Source: Nitrososphaerota archaeon (lineage in GTDB: Archaea > Thermoproteota > Nitrososphaeria_A > Caldarchaeales > Calditenuaceae). From it: DNA of 64,000 bases. The first letter of the stretch is position 1. The number at the start of each line of letters is the position of its first letter. The translations under genes were made by a program, and so were the position numbers. This document shows, piece by piece, positions 18,647-28,862 of the stretch. Below the pieces are notes generated by a model. That model ran no database searches and was not told where the DNA came from. It was given only the letters and a program-made list of their open reading frames with translations. The stretch lies in the NCBI GenBank assembly GCA_041641295.1, contig JBEPYO010000001.1, forward strand, positions 1,280,001 to 1,344,000, in the 5' to 3' direction.

Positions 18647-20078
18647 TCTTGGTGTAGAAGTCTAGGGCGGCCTCGCCCTGCTCCTTAATCATCCCAAAGC
18701 TAGATTTCTTGAATCCTCCGAACGGTACGTGAGGCTCCAACCCAGTTGTCGGCTTGTTTATCTTGACAACACCTGCCTGTACACGGTTAATGAACTCGAA
18801 AGCCCTCGGCAGGCTCCTCGTGAATATAGAGGCTGACAGACCGTACTCGATCTTGTTTGCCATCTCCACAGCCTCGTCGAAGTTTTTGGCGCGCATAATC
18901 GCTAGGACCGGCCCGAATATCTCTTCCTGTGCTATCCTCATGTCCGTAGTGACATCTGTGAATATGGTGGGCTCCAAAAAGTATCCCTTAGAGTGTTCCG
19001 GCCCTGTGAGCCTCTTTCCACCTAGGACCAGTTTAGCCCCCTCTTCAACTCCTATACGAATATAGTCGAGAATCTTGTTCATCTCCTTCTCACCTACAAC
19101 AGGCCCCATCTCAACACCCTCCGCAAGACCGTTGCCAACCTTAATCCTCTTGACACGCTCGACAAGTTTCCTCTCAAACTCCTCGGCCACGTTTTCAAGA
19201 ACTATTGCTCGGCTGGTTGCTGTGCAGGCCTGCCCCGTCAGGCCGAAGGCTCCTCTAACCACCATCTCAACCGCCCTCCCCATATCCGCATCGTCTAGAA
19301 TCACTGCCGGGTTTTTACCACCCAGCTCCAACTGAATCCTTACGTTTCTTCCGCCAGCAGCCCTCTTAATCTCCTCACCAACCTCGAGCGACCCTGTGAA
19401 GGATATCGCATCCACCTTCGGGCTCTCGATTAGCTCTGCGCCTACAGTCGAGCCGGGGCCTGTGATAAAGTTGAGGACTCCGGGCGGCAGGCCTGCGCGG
19501 TGGAGGGCGTCGACTATCCTATAGCCTATTAGTGGGGTGTAGCTTGCCGGCTTGAAGACTACTGCGTTGCCCGAAATGAGTGCTGGTGCGATCTTCCAGG
19601 AGGGTATGGCTATTGGGAAGTTCCAGGGGGTTATGATGGAGACTACCCCTAGGGGTTCTCGGAGGGTGAATAGGTGTGTGTTGGGCTCGGCAGAAGGTGT
19701 GAACTCTCCCCTCAATCTATAGCCCATCACCCCATAGAATCTGAAGATGCTTACAGCCCTGGCGACCTCGGCCCTGCTCTCAGCCAGCGTCTTCCCCTCC
19801 TCCCTAGTCAGGACCCTAGCCAGCTCGTCAGCCTCATCCTCAAGTATCTGCGCCGCTTTAACTAGAATCCTTCCCCTCTCGGGGGCTGGGGTTGAAGCCC
19901 ATTTAACCTGGGCCTCTCTCGCAGCGTCGATGGCCCTCGCGGCATCGTCCCTAGACAGTTGGGGGAACTCTGCGACTACCTCGCCTGTGTCTGCGGGGTT
20001 GATGTCTTTGAATGTCTTGCCGTCAGGTGAAAAAATCTTCTCCCCTCCAATAATACATGGATAGAGGTGCCCAGCCAA
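18621..20078 (-). CDS. Aldehyde dehydrogenase, likely 2,5-dioxopentanoate (alpha-KG semialdehyde) dehydrogenase
   Basis: ITPWNFP, FTGS, LELGGKN, GQACTATSR, EEIFGP; adjacent to the KdaD-like gene. Confidence 0.85.
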   Translation of the reverse strand: MAGHLYPCIIGGEKIFSPDGKTFKDINPADTGEVVAEFPQLSRDDAARAIDAAREAQVKWASTPAPERGRILVKAAQILEDEADELARVLTREEGKTLAESRAEVARAVSIFRFYGVMGYRLRGEFTPSAEPNTHLFTLREPLGVVSIITPWNFPIAIPSWKIAPALISGNAVVFKPASYTPLIGYRIVDALHRAGLPPGVLNFITGPGSTVGAELIESPKVDAISFTGSLEVGEEIKRAAGGRNVRIQLELGGKNPAVILDDADMGRAVEMVVRGAFGLTGQACTATSRAIVLENVAEEFERKLVERVKRIKVGNGLAEGVEMGPVVGEKEMNKILDYIRIGVEEGAKLVLGGKRLTGPEHSKGYFLEPTIFTDVTTDMRIAQEEIFGPVLAIMRAKNFDEAVEMANKIEYGLSASIFTRSLPRAFEFINRVQAGVVKINKPTTGLEPHVPFGGFKKSSFGMIKEQGEAALDFYTKIKTVYLGY

Positions 20079-20165
20079 TTCGTATCTATGAAAGCAAAGC
20101 CTGATAAAAATCCTTCATAGAGGATGGGAATTCTTTAATATACGCACAGTGGTTCATCTGGCGAG

Positions 20166-21860
20166 ATGTCAGGGTCTGGAAAAGGTGCTGTCCATAGTGT
20201 TGAGCGTTTTGCAGGAGTACTTAATGCGCCGCATAGGTCGTTCCTCTGGTCTATAGGCCTTGACCCCAGCGATATTGGTAAGCCTCTGGCAGGCGTGGTT
20301 GTGGCTTGGAGCGAGTCTGGTCCATGCAACTTCCACACCCTAAACCTCATCGGCTACGTCAAGCAGGGGCTTCGCGATGCTGGGTGTGTGGGGCTTGCAA
20401 TGCCCACCATAGTGGTGAATGATAACATATCGATGGGGACGGATGGCATGAGGTATAGTCTCGTCAGCAGGGAGGTGATAGCGGACAGTGTGGAGGCCCA
20501 GATAGTCGCCCACGCATATGATGGCTTCGTCGGGATAGGTGGGTGCGACAAGACCCAGCCCGGAATAATGATGGCCATGGCGAGGATCAACAGACCCTCA
20601 ATATACATGTACGGCGGCTCAGCCGAGCCTGGCTTCATCGGGGAGAAGAAGTTCACGATCGAGGATGTCCACGAGTATGTGGGCGCCTATATTAGTGGGA
20701 AGGTCTCAGAGCAGGAGCTTCTTCAGGTCGAGATGGTCGCACACCCCACCTACGGAGCATGTGCAGGCCTCTTCACTGCCAATACGATGGCACTCCTGAG
20801 TGAGGGATTGGGCCTAGCATTACTCGGAAGCTCAAGTCCAACAGCAACCTCCTCAAGGAGAGCGATCTTCGCCTACGAGACAGGCAAGGCTCTTGGCACC
20901 CTCCTAGAGAACGGGATCAAGCCCCGGGACATCCTGACGTACGAGGCGTTCAGAAACGCAGCTACACTTCTCATGGCTTCAGGCGGCTCGACAAACGGTA
21001 TACTCCACCTCCTAGCACTAGCCTACGAGGCTGGGGTCAAGTTCACCTTGGACGACTTCGACGAGATCTCCAAGAAAACCCCATACATCCTCAGCATGAG
21101 GCCGGCTGGAGAATATGTCATGGCCGACCTTGACAGGGTAGGTGGCGCCCCACTCCTCCTCAAGAAGCTGCTTGATGCAGGGCTCATAGACGGAGACGTT
21201 CTGACAGTCTCTGGGAAGACACTGTCCCAGAGCCTGCGGGAGTACAGACTACCCAATGTCCCCCACGAACACATAGTCCGAGACCCCTCGAAGCCGATTA
21301 AGAAGACGGGTGGTATCCGGATACTGAGGGGGTCACTGGCTCCTGAGGGCGCGGTTGTGAAGACCGCGGCTACGGGTGTTACGAGGTTTGAGGGGCCTGC
21401 ACGGGTCTTTGACGACGAGGACCCCGCCTTCGAGGCGATAAGAAAAGGGATTGTGAGGGAGGGCGAGGTGTTGGTCATCCGGTATGTAGGGCCTAAGGGC
21501 GCGCCTGGCATGCCTGAGATGCTGAGGGTTACGGCCGCCCTCTCAGGGGCTGGGCTCGGAGAGTCCGTCGCCATGGTTACTGACGGCAGGTTCAGTGGCG
21601 CAACACGGGGCATCATGATAGGTCATGTGGCTCCAGAGGCGGCTTCGGGTGGGCCGATAGCCCTAGTAAAGGACGGGGACAGGATACTGATAGATACTGA
21701 GGCCGGGAGGCTAGACCTGCTGGTATCTGAGGAAGAGTTGGAGCGTAGAAAGAAGGACTTCAAGCCGAAACCACCAAAAGCCACTTCAGGACTCCTAGCA
21801 AAATACGCCTCCCTCGTCGCCTCGGCTTCGATGGGAGCAGTAACAATACCGCGCCTCTAG
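20166..21860 (+). CDS. ilvD: Dihydroxy-acid dehydratase
   Basis: PCNFH, GCDKT, GGSTN, PGMPEM, TDGRFSG, GHVAPEA. Confidence 0.93.
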   Translation: MSGSGKGAVHSVERFAGVLNAPHRSFLWSIGLDPSDIGKPLAGVVVAWSESGPCNFHTLNLIGYVKQGLRDAGCVGLAMPTIVVNDNISMGTDGMRYSLVSREVIADSVEAQIVAHAYDGFVGIGGCDKTQPGIMMAMARINRPSIYMYGGSAEPGFIGEKKFTIEDVHEYVGAYISGKVSEQELLQVEMVAHPTYGACAGLFTANTMALLSEGLGLALLGSSSPTATSSRRAIFAYETGKALGTLLENGIKPRDILTYEAFRNAATLLMASGGSTNGILHLLALAYEAGVKFTLDDFDEISKKTPYILSMRPAGEYVMADLDRVGGAPLLLKKLLDAGLIDGDVLTVSGKTLSQSLREYRLPNVPHEHIVRDPSKPIKKTGGIRILRGSLAPEGAVVKTAATGVTRFEGPARVFDDEDPAFEAIRKGIVREGEVLVIRYVGPKGAPGMPEMLRVTAALSGAGLGESVAMVTDGRFSGATRGIMIGHVAPEAASGGPIALVKDGDRILIDTEAGRLDLLVSEEELERRKKDFKPKPPKATSGLLAKYASLVASASMGAVTIPRL

Positions 21861-21867
21861 AACAGGA

Positions 21868-22893
21868 ATGTACAGGATATCTGTAATCCCAGGTGACGGT
21901 ATAGGCCCAGCAGTCACGGGCCAAGCGGTCAGGATAGTCGAAGAACTTGCCTCCAGGATGGGCTTCGGAGTAGAGTTCGTTGAGGCGCCGGCCGGAGACA
22001 GGGTTGCCGCCGAGACCGGCAAAGCCCTCCCCCCAGACTCCCTGAAGAAAATAACGGCCTCGGACGCCTGCCTGAAGGGCCCAGTAGGAGAGACGGCCAG
22101 GGACGTGATAGTATTCCTCAGGCAGAAGCTCGACCTATACGCCAACATAAGGCCCTTCAAGACGTACAGGGGTGTCAAAACTCACTGGAGCGGAGTGGAC
22201 TTCGTCATAGTTAGGGAGAACACGGAGGACCTCTACAAGGGCGTCGAGGATGTGGGGCGAGACCATGCGGTGTCTCTACTCGTAGTCACGCGGTTTGGCA
22301 CTGAGCGCATAGCGCGGGTCGCCTTGAACATGGCTAATGAGAGGCGGAGGAAGGTCACAATAGTGCACAAGGCAAATGTCCTCTCCTCTTACAGGTTTTT
22401 CCGCGATGTAGCCTTCGAGGTGCTCAGGGAGGGTGGGCTAGCAGTGGACGAGATGTATGTTGACAATGCGGCCTACCAGATGGTCGTCAACCCCACGATA
22501 TTCGACGTGATCCTCACGCCCAACATGTTTGGGGATATTCTTTCAGACTTGGCTGCAGGTATTACCGGCTCCATCGGCTTAGCGGGTTCTGCCAACGTTG
22601 GTGAGAAGATGGGGGTTTTCGAGCCGGTGCACGGCTCCGCGCCCGGCCTCAACCCGGAATACGCGAACCCGATAGCCACGATACTCTCGGCATCATACAT
22701 GCTCGGCTGGCTTGGAATGTCGCGGCGCGACGAGAGGCTCTCCCGCGCCTCAAAGGCGGTTGAGAGGGCTGTGGAATCCATCCTGGACGAGGGGAGGGTT
22801 CTTACACCTGACCTCGGGGGGAGCGCTAGGGGGAGAGAGGTCTCAGGCGCCATACTGAATAAGGCGCTCCAATACCTAGACATGGAGAAGTAA
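21868..22893 (+). CDS. leuB: 3-isopropylmalate dehydrogenase (isocitrate/isopropylmalate DH family)
   Basis: GDGIGP, RENTEDLY, NMFGDILSD, FEPVHGSAP; operonic with ilvD. Confidence 0.8.
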   Translation: MYRISVIPGDGIGPAVTGQAVRIVEELASRMGFGVEFVEAPAGDRVAAETGKALPPDSLKKITASDACLKGPVGETARDVIVFLRQKLDLYANIRPFKTYRGVKTHWSGVDFVIVRENTEDLYKGVEDVGRDHAVSLLVVTRFGTERIARVALNMANERRRKVTIVHKANVLSSYRFFRDVAFEVLREGGLAVDEMYVDNAAYQMVVNPTIFDVILTPNMFGDILSDLAAGITGSIGLAGSANVGEKMGVFEPVHGSAPGLNPEYANPIATILSASYMLGWLGMSRRDERLSRASKAVERAVESILDEGRVLTPDLGGSARGREVSGAILNKALQYLDMEK

Positions 22894-23579
22894 TGCGCCT
22901 ACTCGCCCTCTACACTGGTGGAAAAGACTCGACGCTTTCTCTCCACATGGCCCGGGAGGCCGGGCACGAGATAGCACTGCTCGTTACCGCACGCTCATTA
23001 GAGAGGGACTCGTGGATGTTCCACACCACCTGTATAGGGGTCCAACACCTTCAGGCCAAGGCGATGGGCCTAGAGCACAGATACGTCGACGTCAGTGGGA
23101 GAAAGGAGGCTGAGGTCCAGGAGCTCTGCGAGGCTTTGCGAGGCCTCGTGAAGGAATACGGCGTAGAAGGATTGCTCAGCGGTGGACTGGCAAGCAGGTA
23201 TCAGCGCGATAGGATCGAGTGGCTTGCGGGGCGTCTAGGTCTAAAGCATGTCGCGCCCTGCTGGGGGATGGGGCCTCGCGAAGTCATGAGCGAGGTACTG
23301 GCTAGGGGATACTACGTCATGATAGTGGCGGTGAGTGCCCATGGACTTGGCCCCGAGTGGCTGGGCAGGCGGCTGGACCGCGAGTCTGTTGAGCTGCTCG
23401 CCACACTCTCCGAGCGCCATGGATTCAATTTGGCAGGTGAGGGTGGAGAGTATGAAACCCTCGTCCTAGATGCGCCCTTCTTCAGTGATTCGTTGCGGAT
23501 AGAGGCTGAGCCGGTCTGGCTCGGTGACAGGGGATATCTCAGGCTTATAAAGGCCTCACTCACCCCTAAGATCTCTTAA
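22893..23579 (+). CDS. Diphthine--ammonia ligase (Dph6) family
   Basis: TGGKDS PP-loop, SWMFH, ASRYQ, GEGGEYET. Confidence 0.88.
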   Translation: MRLLALYTGGKDSTLSLHMAREAGHEIALLVTARSLERDSWMFHTTCIGVQHLQAKAMGLEHRYVDVSGRKEAEVQELCEALRGLVKEYGVEGLLSGGLASRYQRDRIEWLAGRLGLKHVAPCWGMGPREVMSEVLARGYYVMIVAVSAHGLGPEWLGRRLDRESVELLATLSERHGFNLAGEGGEYETLVLDAPFFSDSLRIEAEPVWLGDRGYLRLIKASLTPKIS

Positions 23580-24083
23580 AATTGTGTATGTGAGCCCCCA
23601 AACGACGACGTCACCCCAGATATAGGCGTCGACCTCAGCCAAGCCACGGGACGTCTCCACCATACGTCTACCCTTCTCCAGCCCATATAGCGGCGCCCAC
23701 CTGTAGTCCTCCAGCTCCTCCGCAAGCCTGACAGGCAGCCTCTCCGAGGCTAGGAAGACCAGAGGATAGACCGTCAGCTCAGGCCTATTTCTCGGACTCC
23801 TAGGCGTAAGCCAGCCCAGCAGCCTCAGATCCTTAGACTCTATACTCACCTCCTCCCAGACCTCCCTAAGAGCAGTATCGAGCAGATTACCGTCCAACTC
23901 CTTCCAAAACCCGCCTGGAAGCGCCCAATGCCCGCTCCAAGGATCTCCAGCCCTATACCCCCTCTTTACGAGGAGAACATCACCGTCCTCAGTCAATATT
24001 GCCGAGACCGCGCACTCCCTCCGACCACCAGTCGGAGCAACATCGCGTTTAACGAGTGGGAGGCGGGTAATCCAGTCAACCAC
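23556..24083 (-). CDS. Nudix hydrolase (CoA pyrophosphatase-like)
   Basis: DPWSGHWALPGG, TALREVWEEV, VWGLT. Confidence 0.87.
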   Translation of the reverse strand: MVDWITRLPLVKRDVAPTGGRRECAVSAILTEDGDVLLVKRGYRAGDPWSGHWALPGGFWKELDGNLLDTALREVWEEVSIESKDLRLLGWLTPRSPRNRPELTVYPLVFLASERLPVRLAEELEDYRWAPLYGLEKGRRMVETSRGLAEVDAYIWGDVVVWGLTYTILRDLRGE

Positions 24084-24148
24084 TCTAATAAACTCTGAAA
24101 GGAATATTATTTTAGGATGAATGGGCCTATCTTGATTTAGGCCTGGTT

Positions 24149-27100
24149 TTGAAGTCGGTATATGTCTCGCTCTGCCCCAACTGTGAGGGCGAAATAACTG
24201 ACGAGGAGCTGATAGAGCTCGGAGTATGCAGGCAGTGCCTCCTAGAGGGCCTGAAGGAGGGTGGCCGGCTCCGGATTAGGCCCGGGAAATACGTTCCGGT
24301 GCTGGAGCTGGAGGAGAGGTTCAAGGAATTTGAGGCCTTCTTCAACATGATCGTAGGTTCGCGTCCATGGTCGCTTCAGAGGACTTGGGCTAGGAGGGTC
24401 CTACTGGGAAGGAGCTTTTCACTAATATCCCCCACAGGGACCGGCAAGACGACATTCTGCCTAGCAATGGCACTCTACCAAGCCACCAAGGGGAAGAAAT
24501 CCTACATACTGGTCCCCACCAGCCTCCTAGTCCAACACCTCCTCGAGAGGGCGGCCGCCCTAGCCGCCAGGCTGGGAGAGAAACAGCCCAAGATACTCGG
24601 ATACTACTCGGGCATGAAGAAAAATGCCGCCAGCCAGGCGCTTCAACAAATAGCCGAGGGAGACTTCGACATACTGATCACAACAGATAGATTCCTCTAC
24701 AGCAGATTCGAACTACTCCGAGACAAGAAGTTCTCATTCATTTTTGTGGATGATGTCGACTCCTTCCTGAAATCTCCAAAAAATATTGACAAGGTATTAC
24801 TGCTAATGGGGTTCACTCTCGAGGAGATTGGAAAATACCTCGAATTAATTTCAGGTAAATCTGGCGAGGCTGGAGAAGATAACCAGTATGAGGAATCCAT
24901 GAGCAATGATAGGGAGCTGGACTCCGTACTCCTCGTCTCAGGGGCTACTGTGCGGGGTCGGAGAACCAAGAGAATGAGACTGTTTAGACTTGCACTCAAC
25001 TTTGAGCCAGGAAGCTCAGTAGACCTCGTCAGAAATATCTCCAACATGTATCTGCGACAGGGAACAAGTCTCTGGGAGGATGTCGCAGGTCTCATAGAGA
25101 GGCATGGCGGAGGATGCCTAGTGTTTGTCCCACAGGTGGCGGGTGTTGACTCGGCGAAACAGTTGGCACAGTATCTGAACAGCCGGGGGATAAAGGCCTA
25201 CGCCTACGAGAGGATGAATGCAAAGATGCTGGAGCGTTTCAGGTCAGGAGAATACGACGTCCTAGTGGGTGTGGCTAGTACTAGAAGCCCGCTGGCGAGA
25301 GGTATTGACCTGCCGGAGCGGATAAGGTATGTGATCTTCGCCGGAGTGCCGAGGCGAGAGTTAAATGTGTCTTGGAATGAGCATCGACCCTCAATGCTTC
25401 TAAGCGTCCTCAGGAATTTAGCACCGATTATTAGGGAGAAGAGGGAGGTGGAACTCGCCCAAGTAATGGAGATGCTAAACAAGTGTGTTCCGACGCGGAG
25501 CGAGATACTGGAAGCGGTTAAGCAAGGGCTCGAGAGTGGAAAGCCTCCAGAGGGGTTTGCGGGCTACGTATACTCAGCGGTTACGAGGGCGCACCAGCTC
25601 CTGAAATCCTCGATCGGAGAGGAGGAGCTGAGAAGGATTGCAGAGATGCTGGACCTAAAGATTCGCGTAGATGAAAAGGGCATCTCCATACTGATACCTG
25701 ACATTGATGGATACGTTCAGGCGTCTGGCCGCTCATCGAGAATGTTCGCAGGAGGCATAACTAGGGGAATCTCCATCCTAATAGTTGATGACGAGAAGGC
25801 CTTTAGAGGCATTTCAAGGGGGTTGGAAGCCCTCTACGAGGAGACGTTCCAAGAGTATCAGCCAGACTTGGCGGCGGAGGAGTTCAAACTCTGTGATAGG
25901 GACAGAAAACTTCTACAGGCTATAAACATCGGAGAGGTGAGGCCTGAGGCAATAGACATTCTAAAATCATCCCTAATAATAGTTGAGTCACCTACTAAGG
26001 CCAGAACACTAGCCTACTTCTTCGGAAAGCCGGCTAGGCGAATCATCGACGGATTAACAGTCTACGAGTCGGTAGGTGAGGGGTATGTTGCATGCCTCTC
26101 CGCCTCCCAGGGACATGTAGTGGACTTGACAACCAGCTTCGGATTCCACGGTGTGGCACTGGTAGACGGCGAGTTCGTACCCACATACGTCGACATTAAG
26201 AGGTGTTTGAGGTGTGGGGAGCAGTTTACTGATGGTGAGTTATGTCCCAACTGTGGCTCAAAGAGATTCTACAGCAAGCGCACCATCATCGAGTCTCTCC
26301 GTAAGCTCTCACTAGAGTTTGACACGGTCTTCATAGCCACTGACCCCGATGCTGAGGGTGAGAAGATTGGCTACGACATATACGTGAACATCAAGCCTTT
26401 CAATAAGTCGATTAAGAGGCTCGAGTTCCACGAGATAACGAGGAAGGCTCTCCGCGACGCCCTAAAATCTCCCCGAGACATCTCGCTCCCCCTAGTAGAG
26501 TCTCAGACTGTCAGGAGGATAGAGGATAGGTGGGTGGGCTTCGAGCTCAGCAGGCGTCTCTGGGAGCACTTCGGCAAGAAGCACCTGTCGGCTGGACGGG
26601 TTCAGACCCCTGTGCTTGGCTGGATCCTCCAGAGGATGGAGGAGGCGAAGAAGAAGCGGATAGTTGCGACGATGGTGCTTGAGGACGGCTCTGAGATAGT
26701 GCTGGAGAACCTACAGGACGTGGAAGATGTTAAAAAGCATTACAGAGAGGGCACGCTCCAAGTAGAGATAACAAATGTGGATGTCGTTGATACCCCACTC
26801 CCGCCGCCGCGCCCCTACACCACCGACTCACTCCTCCGCGACGCCTCTATCATTCTCAGGATGGGAACCGCCGAAGCGATGCAGGTGGCTCAGAGACTCT
26901 TCGAGTCCGGACTGATAACATACCACAGGACCGGGTCAACCTATGTCTCTAGCACTGGAATTGGTGTGGCTAAGAGCTACATCGGTGAGAACTTTCCAGA
27001 GCTCTTCTCGCCGAGGCACCATGGAGAGCCTGGCGCTCACGAGTGCATCAGGCCGACAAGGCCGCTCAATAGAAGGCAGCTAGAGCTCTACCTCCAGTCG

Positions 27101-27700
27101 GGCATGATCAGAATACCTATGCGGCTGGAGAGCAGGGACCTAGCCCTCTACGACCTCATCTTTAGACGCTTTATGGCCAGCCAGATGAGGGAGGCTCTAC
27201 TGCGGAGGCAGGTCGCTAAGGTGAGGGTGGTTGACCGCGAGTATGAGGTTGAGAGGATTGTTGATGTGCTGGAGCCCGGTTTTCTCAGGGTCTTCCAGAC
27301 TGTTAGGGTCCTTAAGCCGCTGACACCGGGTACTCACAAGGTGGTTAGCCTCGATGTGAGGAGTGTCCAGGCCGCCCCCCTGTTCCGCGAGGGAGACATA
27401 ATAGCCCTCATGCGGGAGAGAGGAATAGGCCGTCCAAGCACGTATGCAAGGATACTCAGCGTCCTCTATAAGAGAGGATACATCTTCAACAACAGGGGCA
27501 GAGTACTGGCTACAAGGCTTGGAAGGATAGTCTACGAGTATCTCGCATCCAACTTTGGGCCACTTGTTTCAGAGGAGTTGACGAGGAGGCTGGAGGAGCT
27601 TATGGAGAAGGTTGAATCAGGTGAGGTGGGCTATCAAGAGGTCCTTAAAGAGCTCTATAACGAGGCGTTGCTAATCTCGAAGCTTCCTGAGAAGGCGTGA
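24149..27700 (+). CDS. rgy: Reverse gyrase
   Basis: N-terminal Zn finger, PTGTGKT, DDVD, QASGRSSR, IVESPTKA, second Zn finger, ATDPDAEGE, LSAGRVQ, ITYHRT, GIGRPSTY. Confidence 0.97.
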   Translation: MKSVYVSLCPNCEGEITDEELIELGVCRQCLLEGLKEGGRLRIRPGKYVPVLELEERFKEFEAFFNMIVGSRPWSLQRTWARRVLLGRSFSLISPTGTGKTTFCLAMALYQATKGKKSYILVPTSLLVQHLLERAAALAARLGEKQPKILGYYSGMKKNAASQALQQIAEGDFDILITTDRFLYSRFELLRDKKFSFIFVDDVDSFLKSPKNIDKVLLLMGFTLEEIGKYLELISGKSGEAGEDNQYEESMSNDRELDSVLLVSGATVRGRRTKRMRLFRLALNFEPGSSVDLVRNISNMYLRQGTSLWEDVAGLIERHGGGCLVFVPQVAGVDSAKQLAQYLNSRGIKAYAYERMNAKMLERFRSGEYDVLVGVASTRSPLARGIDLPERIRYVIFAGVPRRELNVSWNEHRPSMLLSVLRNLAPIIREKREVELAQVMEMLNKCVPTRSEILEAVKQGLESGKPPEGFAGYVYSAVTRAHQLLKSSIGEEELRRIAEMLDLKIRVDEKGISILIPDIDGYVQASGRSSRMFAGGITRGISILIVDDEKAFRGISRGLEALYEETFQEYQPDLAAEEFKLCDRDRKLLQAINIGEVRPEAIDILKSSLIIVESPTKARTLAYFFGKPARRIIDGLTVYESVGEGYVACLSASQGHVVDLTTSFGFHGVALVDGEFVPTYVDIKRCLRCGEQFTDGELCPNCGSKRFYSKRTIIESLRKLSLEFDTVFIATDPDAEGEKIGYDIYVNIKPFNKSIKRLEFHEITRKALRDALKSPRDISLPLVESQTVRRIEDRWVGFELSRRLWEHFGKKHLSAGRVQTPVLGWILQRMEEAKKKRIVATMVLEDGSEIVLENLQDVEDVKKHYREGTLQVEITNVDVVDTPLPPPRPYTTDSLLRDASIILRMGTAEAMQVAQRLFESGLITYHRTGSTYVSSTGIGVAKSYIGENFPELFSPRHHGEPGAHECIRPTRPLNRRQLELYLQSGMIRIPMRLESRDLALYDLIFRRFMASQMREALLRRQVAKVRVVDREYEVERIVDVLEPGFLRVFQTVRVLKPLTPGTHKVVSLDVRSVQAAPLFREGDIIALMRERGIGRPSTYARILSVLYKRGYIFNNRGRVLATRLGRIVYEYLASNFGPLVSEELTRRLEELMEKVESGEVGYQEVLKELYNEALLISKLPEKA

Positions 27701-27763
27701 TACGGGTCTTGGCGAGAAGTTTTAATACGTCGAGACTGGGGAAGGAATAAGGGTAGGCCGGGA

Positions 27764-27877
27764 ATGTCGCCAAGCCAATTCTTCGACATGCTGTATACGA
27801 ACGCCTACATCCTATTCCTCATAGGCCTCTCAATCTACGCCCTCTACATCATCTACACCAATATCCGCTCTGACTAG
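27764..27877 (+). CDS. Small 37-aa single-pass membrane protein (not in ORF track)
   Basis: MSPSQFFDMLYTNAYILFLIGLSIYALYIIYTNIRSD*; TTTTTAATA upstream at about 27719-27727. Confidence 0.5.
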   Translation: MSPSQFFDMLYTNAYILFLIGLSIYALYIIYTNIRSD

Positions 27878-28816
27878 TCCACCCTCCCTGCCGAGGAGGC
27901 TGGAGACTTGGCTCTCCAACTCGCATGCGCGGCAGATGGTTCTAGAAGATGGCTCGCCGCATAGCTGGCATGGTGTTAGGGCTCCCTCGCGGGGGATTAT
28001 GCTTGACTCGATGGTTTTGAGGGCGGCAAATAGTGAGCCCGGGTATCTCGACTCATACTGGGCCAGGAAAGTTCTCACCAAGTCTCGCTGGGAGTTTTGG
28101 GCGTTTGGGCAGGGTATCTCTTGGAAGGGTATGCGGCTGAGATAGGCGTATAGGACGACCTCCTCCTCCGGAATCAGTCTAAGTGGTGCTACGCGGGGGA
28201 TGATACCGTTTCCCTCCCGCCTCAAGCCTATCGGCGCCTTTGGGAACTCGCCGCGTAGAATATCCATTATGTAGGTCTGGACTATGTCGTCGAGTGTGTG
28301 GGCCGTGGCGACGACAGTTGCCTTCAGATCCCTTGCGGCTAGGCTGATGGCCTTTCTCCGCCAGACCCCGCAGAGGGTACAAGCACCCAGCCCCAGCCGG
28401 CCCAAGACACCCCTATTCATAGCCTCGGCCAGGCCCAATCCGAACAGGTCCTCGAATGTGTATACGCGGTGCTCGACCCCGAGCCTCCTACACATGTCGG
28501 CAGCGAGTCTCAGGGCCTCGTCCCTGTAGCCCGGAATACCCTCGTCTATCGAGACAGCGACAAGGCTCGCCCTAGGGTAATCTCTCTCAATCCTTGCGAG
28601 GATCTTGAGGAGGGTTAGGCTGTCTTTGCCGCCCGAGACCGCTACGAGTATTCTGTCATCCTCCCTCAGGAGGTTGTATCTCGAGATGGTCTTCCTAACA
28701 CGCTTCTCTATGCTCTCCTTGAAGCAGGAGGCGCAGAAGCTTACCCCCGAGTAGACCTGCCTGTAGACTGGCTGGGCCTCTCCGCACACATCGCAGACCT
28801 TAGACCCTGTCTCCAA
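27830..28816 (-). CDS. TtuA/Ncs6 (TIGR00269) tRNA 2-thiolation enzyme
   Basis: Terminal Zn fingers, SGGKDS, IDEGIPGYR, CTLCGVWRR, PCP. Confidence 0.9.
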   Translation of the reverse strand: METGSKVCDVCGEAQPVYRQVYSGVSFCASCFKESIEKRVRKTISRYNLLREDDRILVAVSGGKDSLTLLKILARIERDYPRASLVAVSIDEGIPGYRDEALRLAADMCRRLGVEHRVYTFEDLFGLGLAEAMNRGVLGRLGLGACTLCGVWRRKAISLAARDLKATVVATAHTLDDIVQTYIMDILRGEFPKAPIGLRREGNGIIPRVAPLRLIPEEEVVLYAYLSRIPFQEIPCPNAQNSQRDLVRTFLAQYESRYPGSLFAALKTIESSIIPREGALTPCQLCGEPSSRTICRACELESQVSSLLGREGGLVRADIGVDDVEGVD

Positions 28817-28862
28817 GCCAAATCTACTCTGCAGCCCTGGGTTATAGTCTTGGCGGATGGTT

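Noticed and set aside
24149-27700. Inteins in reverse gyrase (atpA was also checked)
   Set aside because: Both proteins have normal lengths and continuous motifs.
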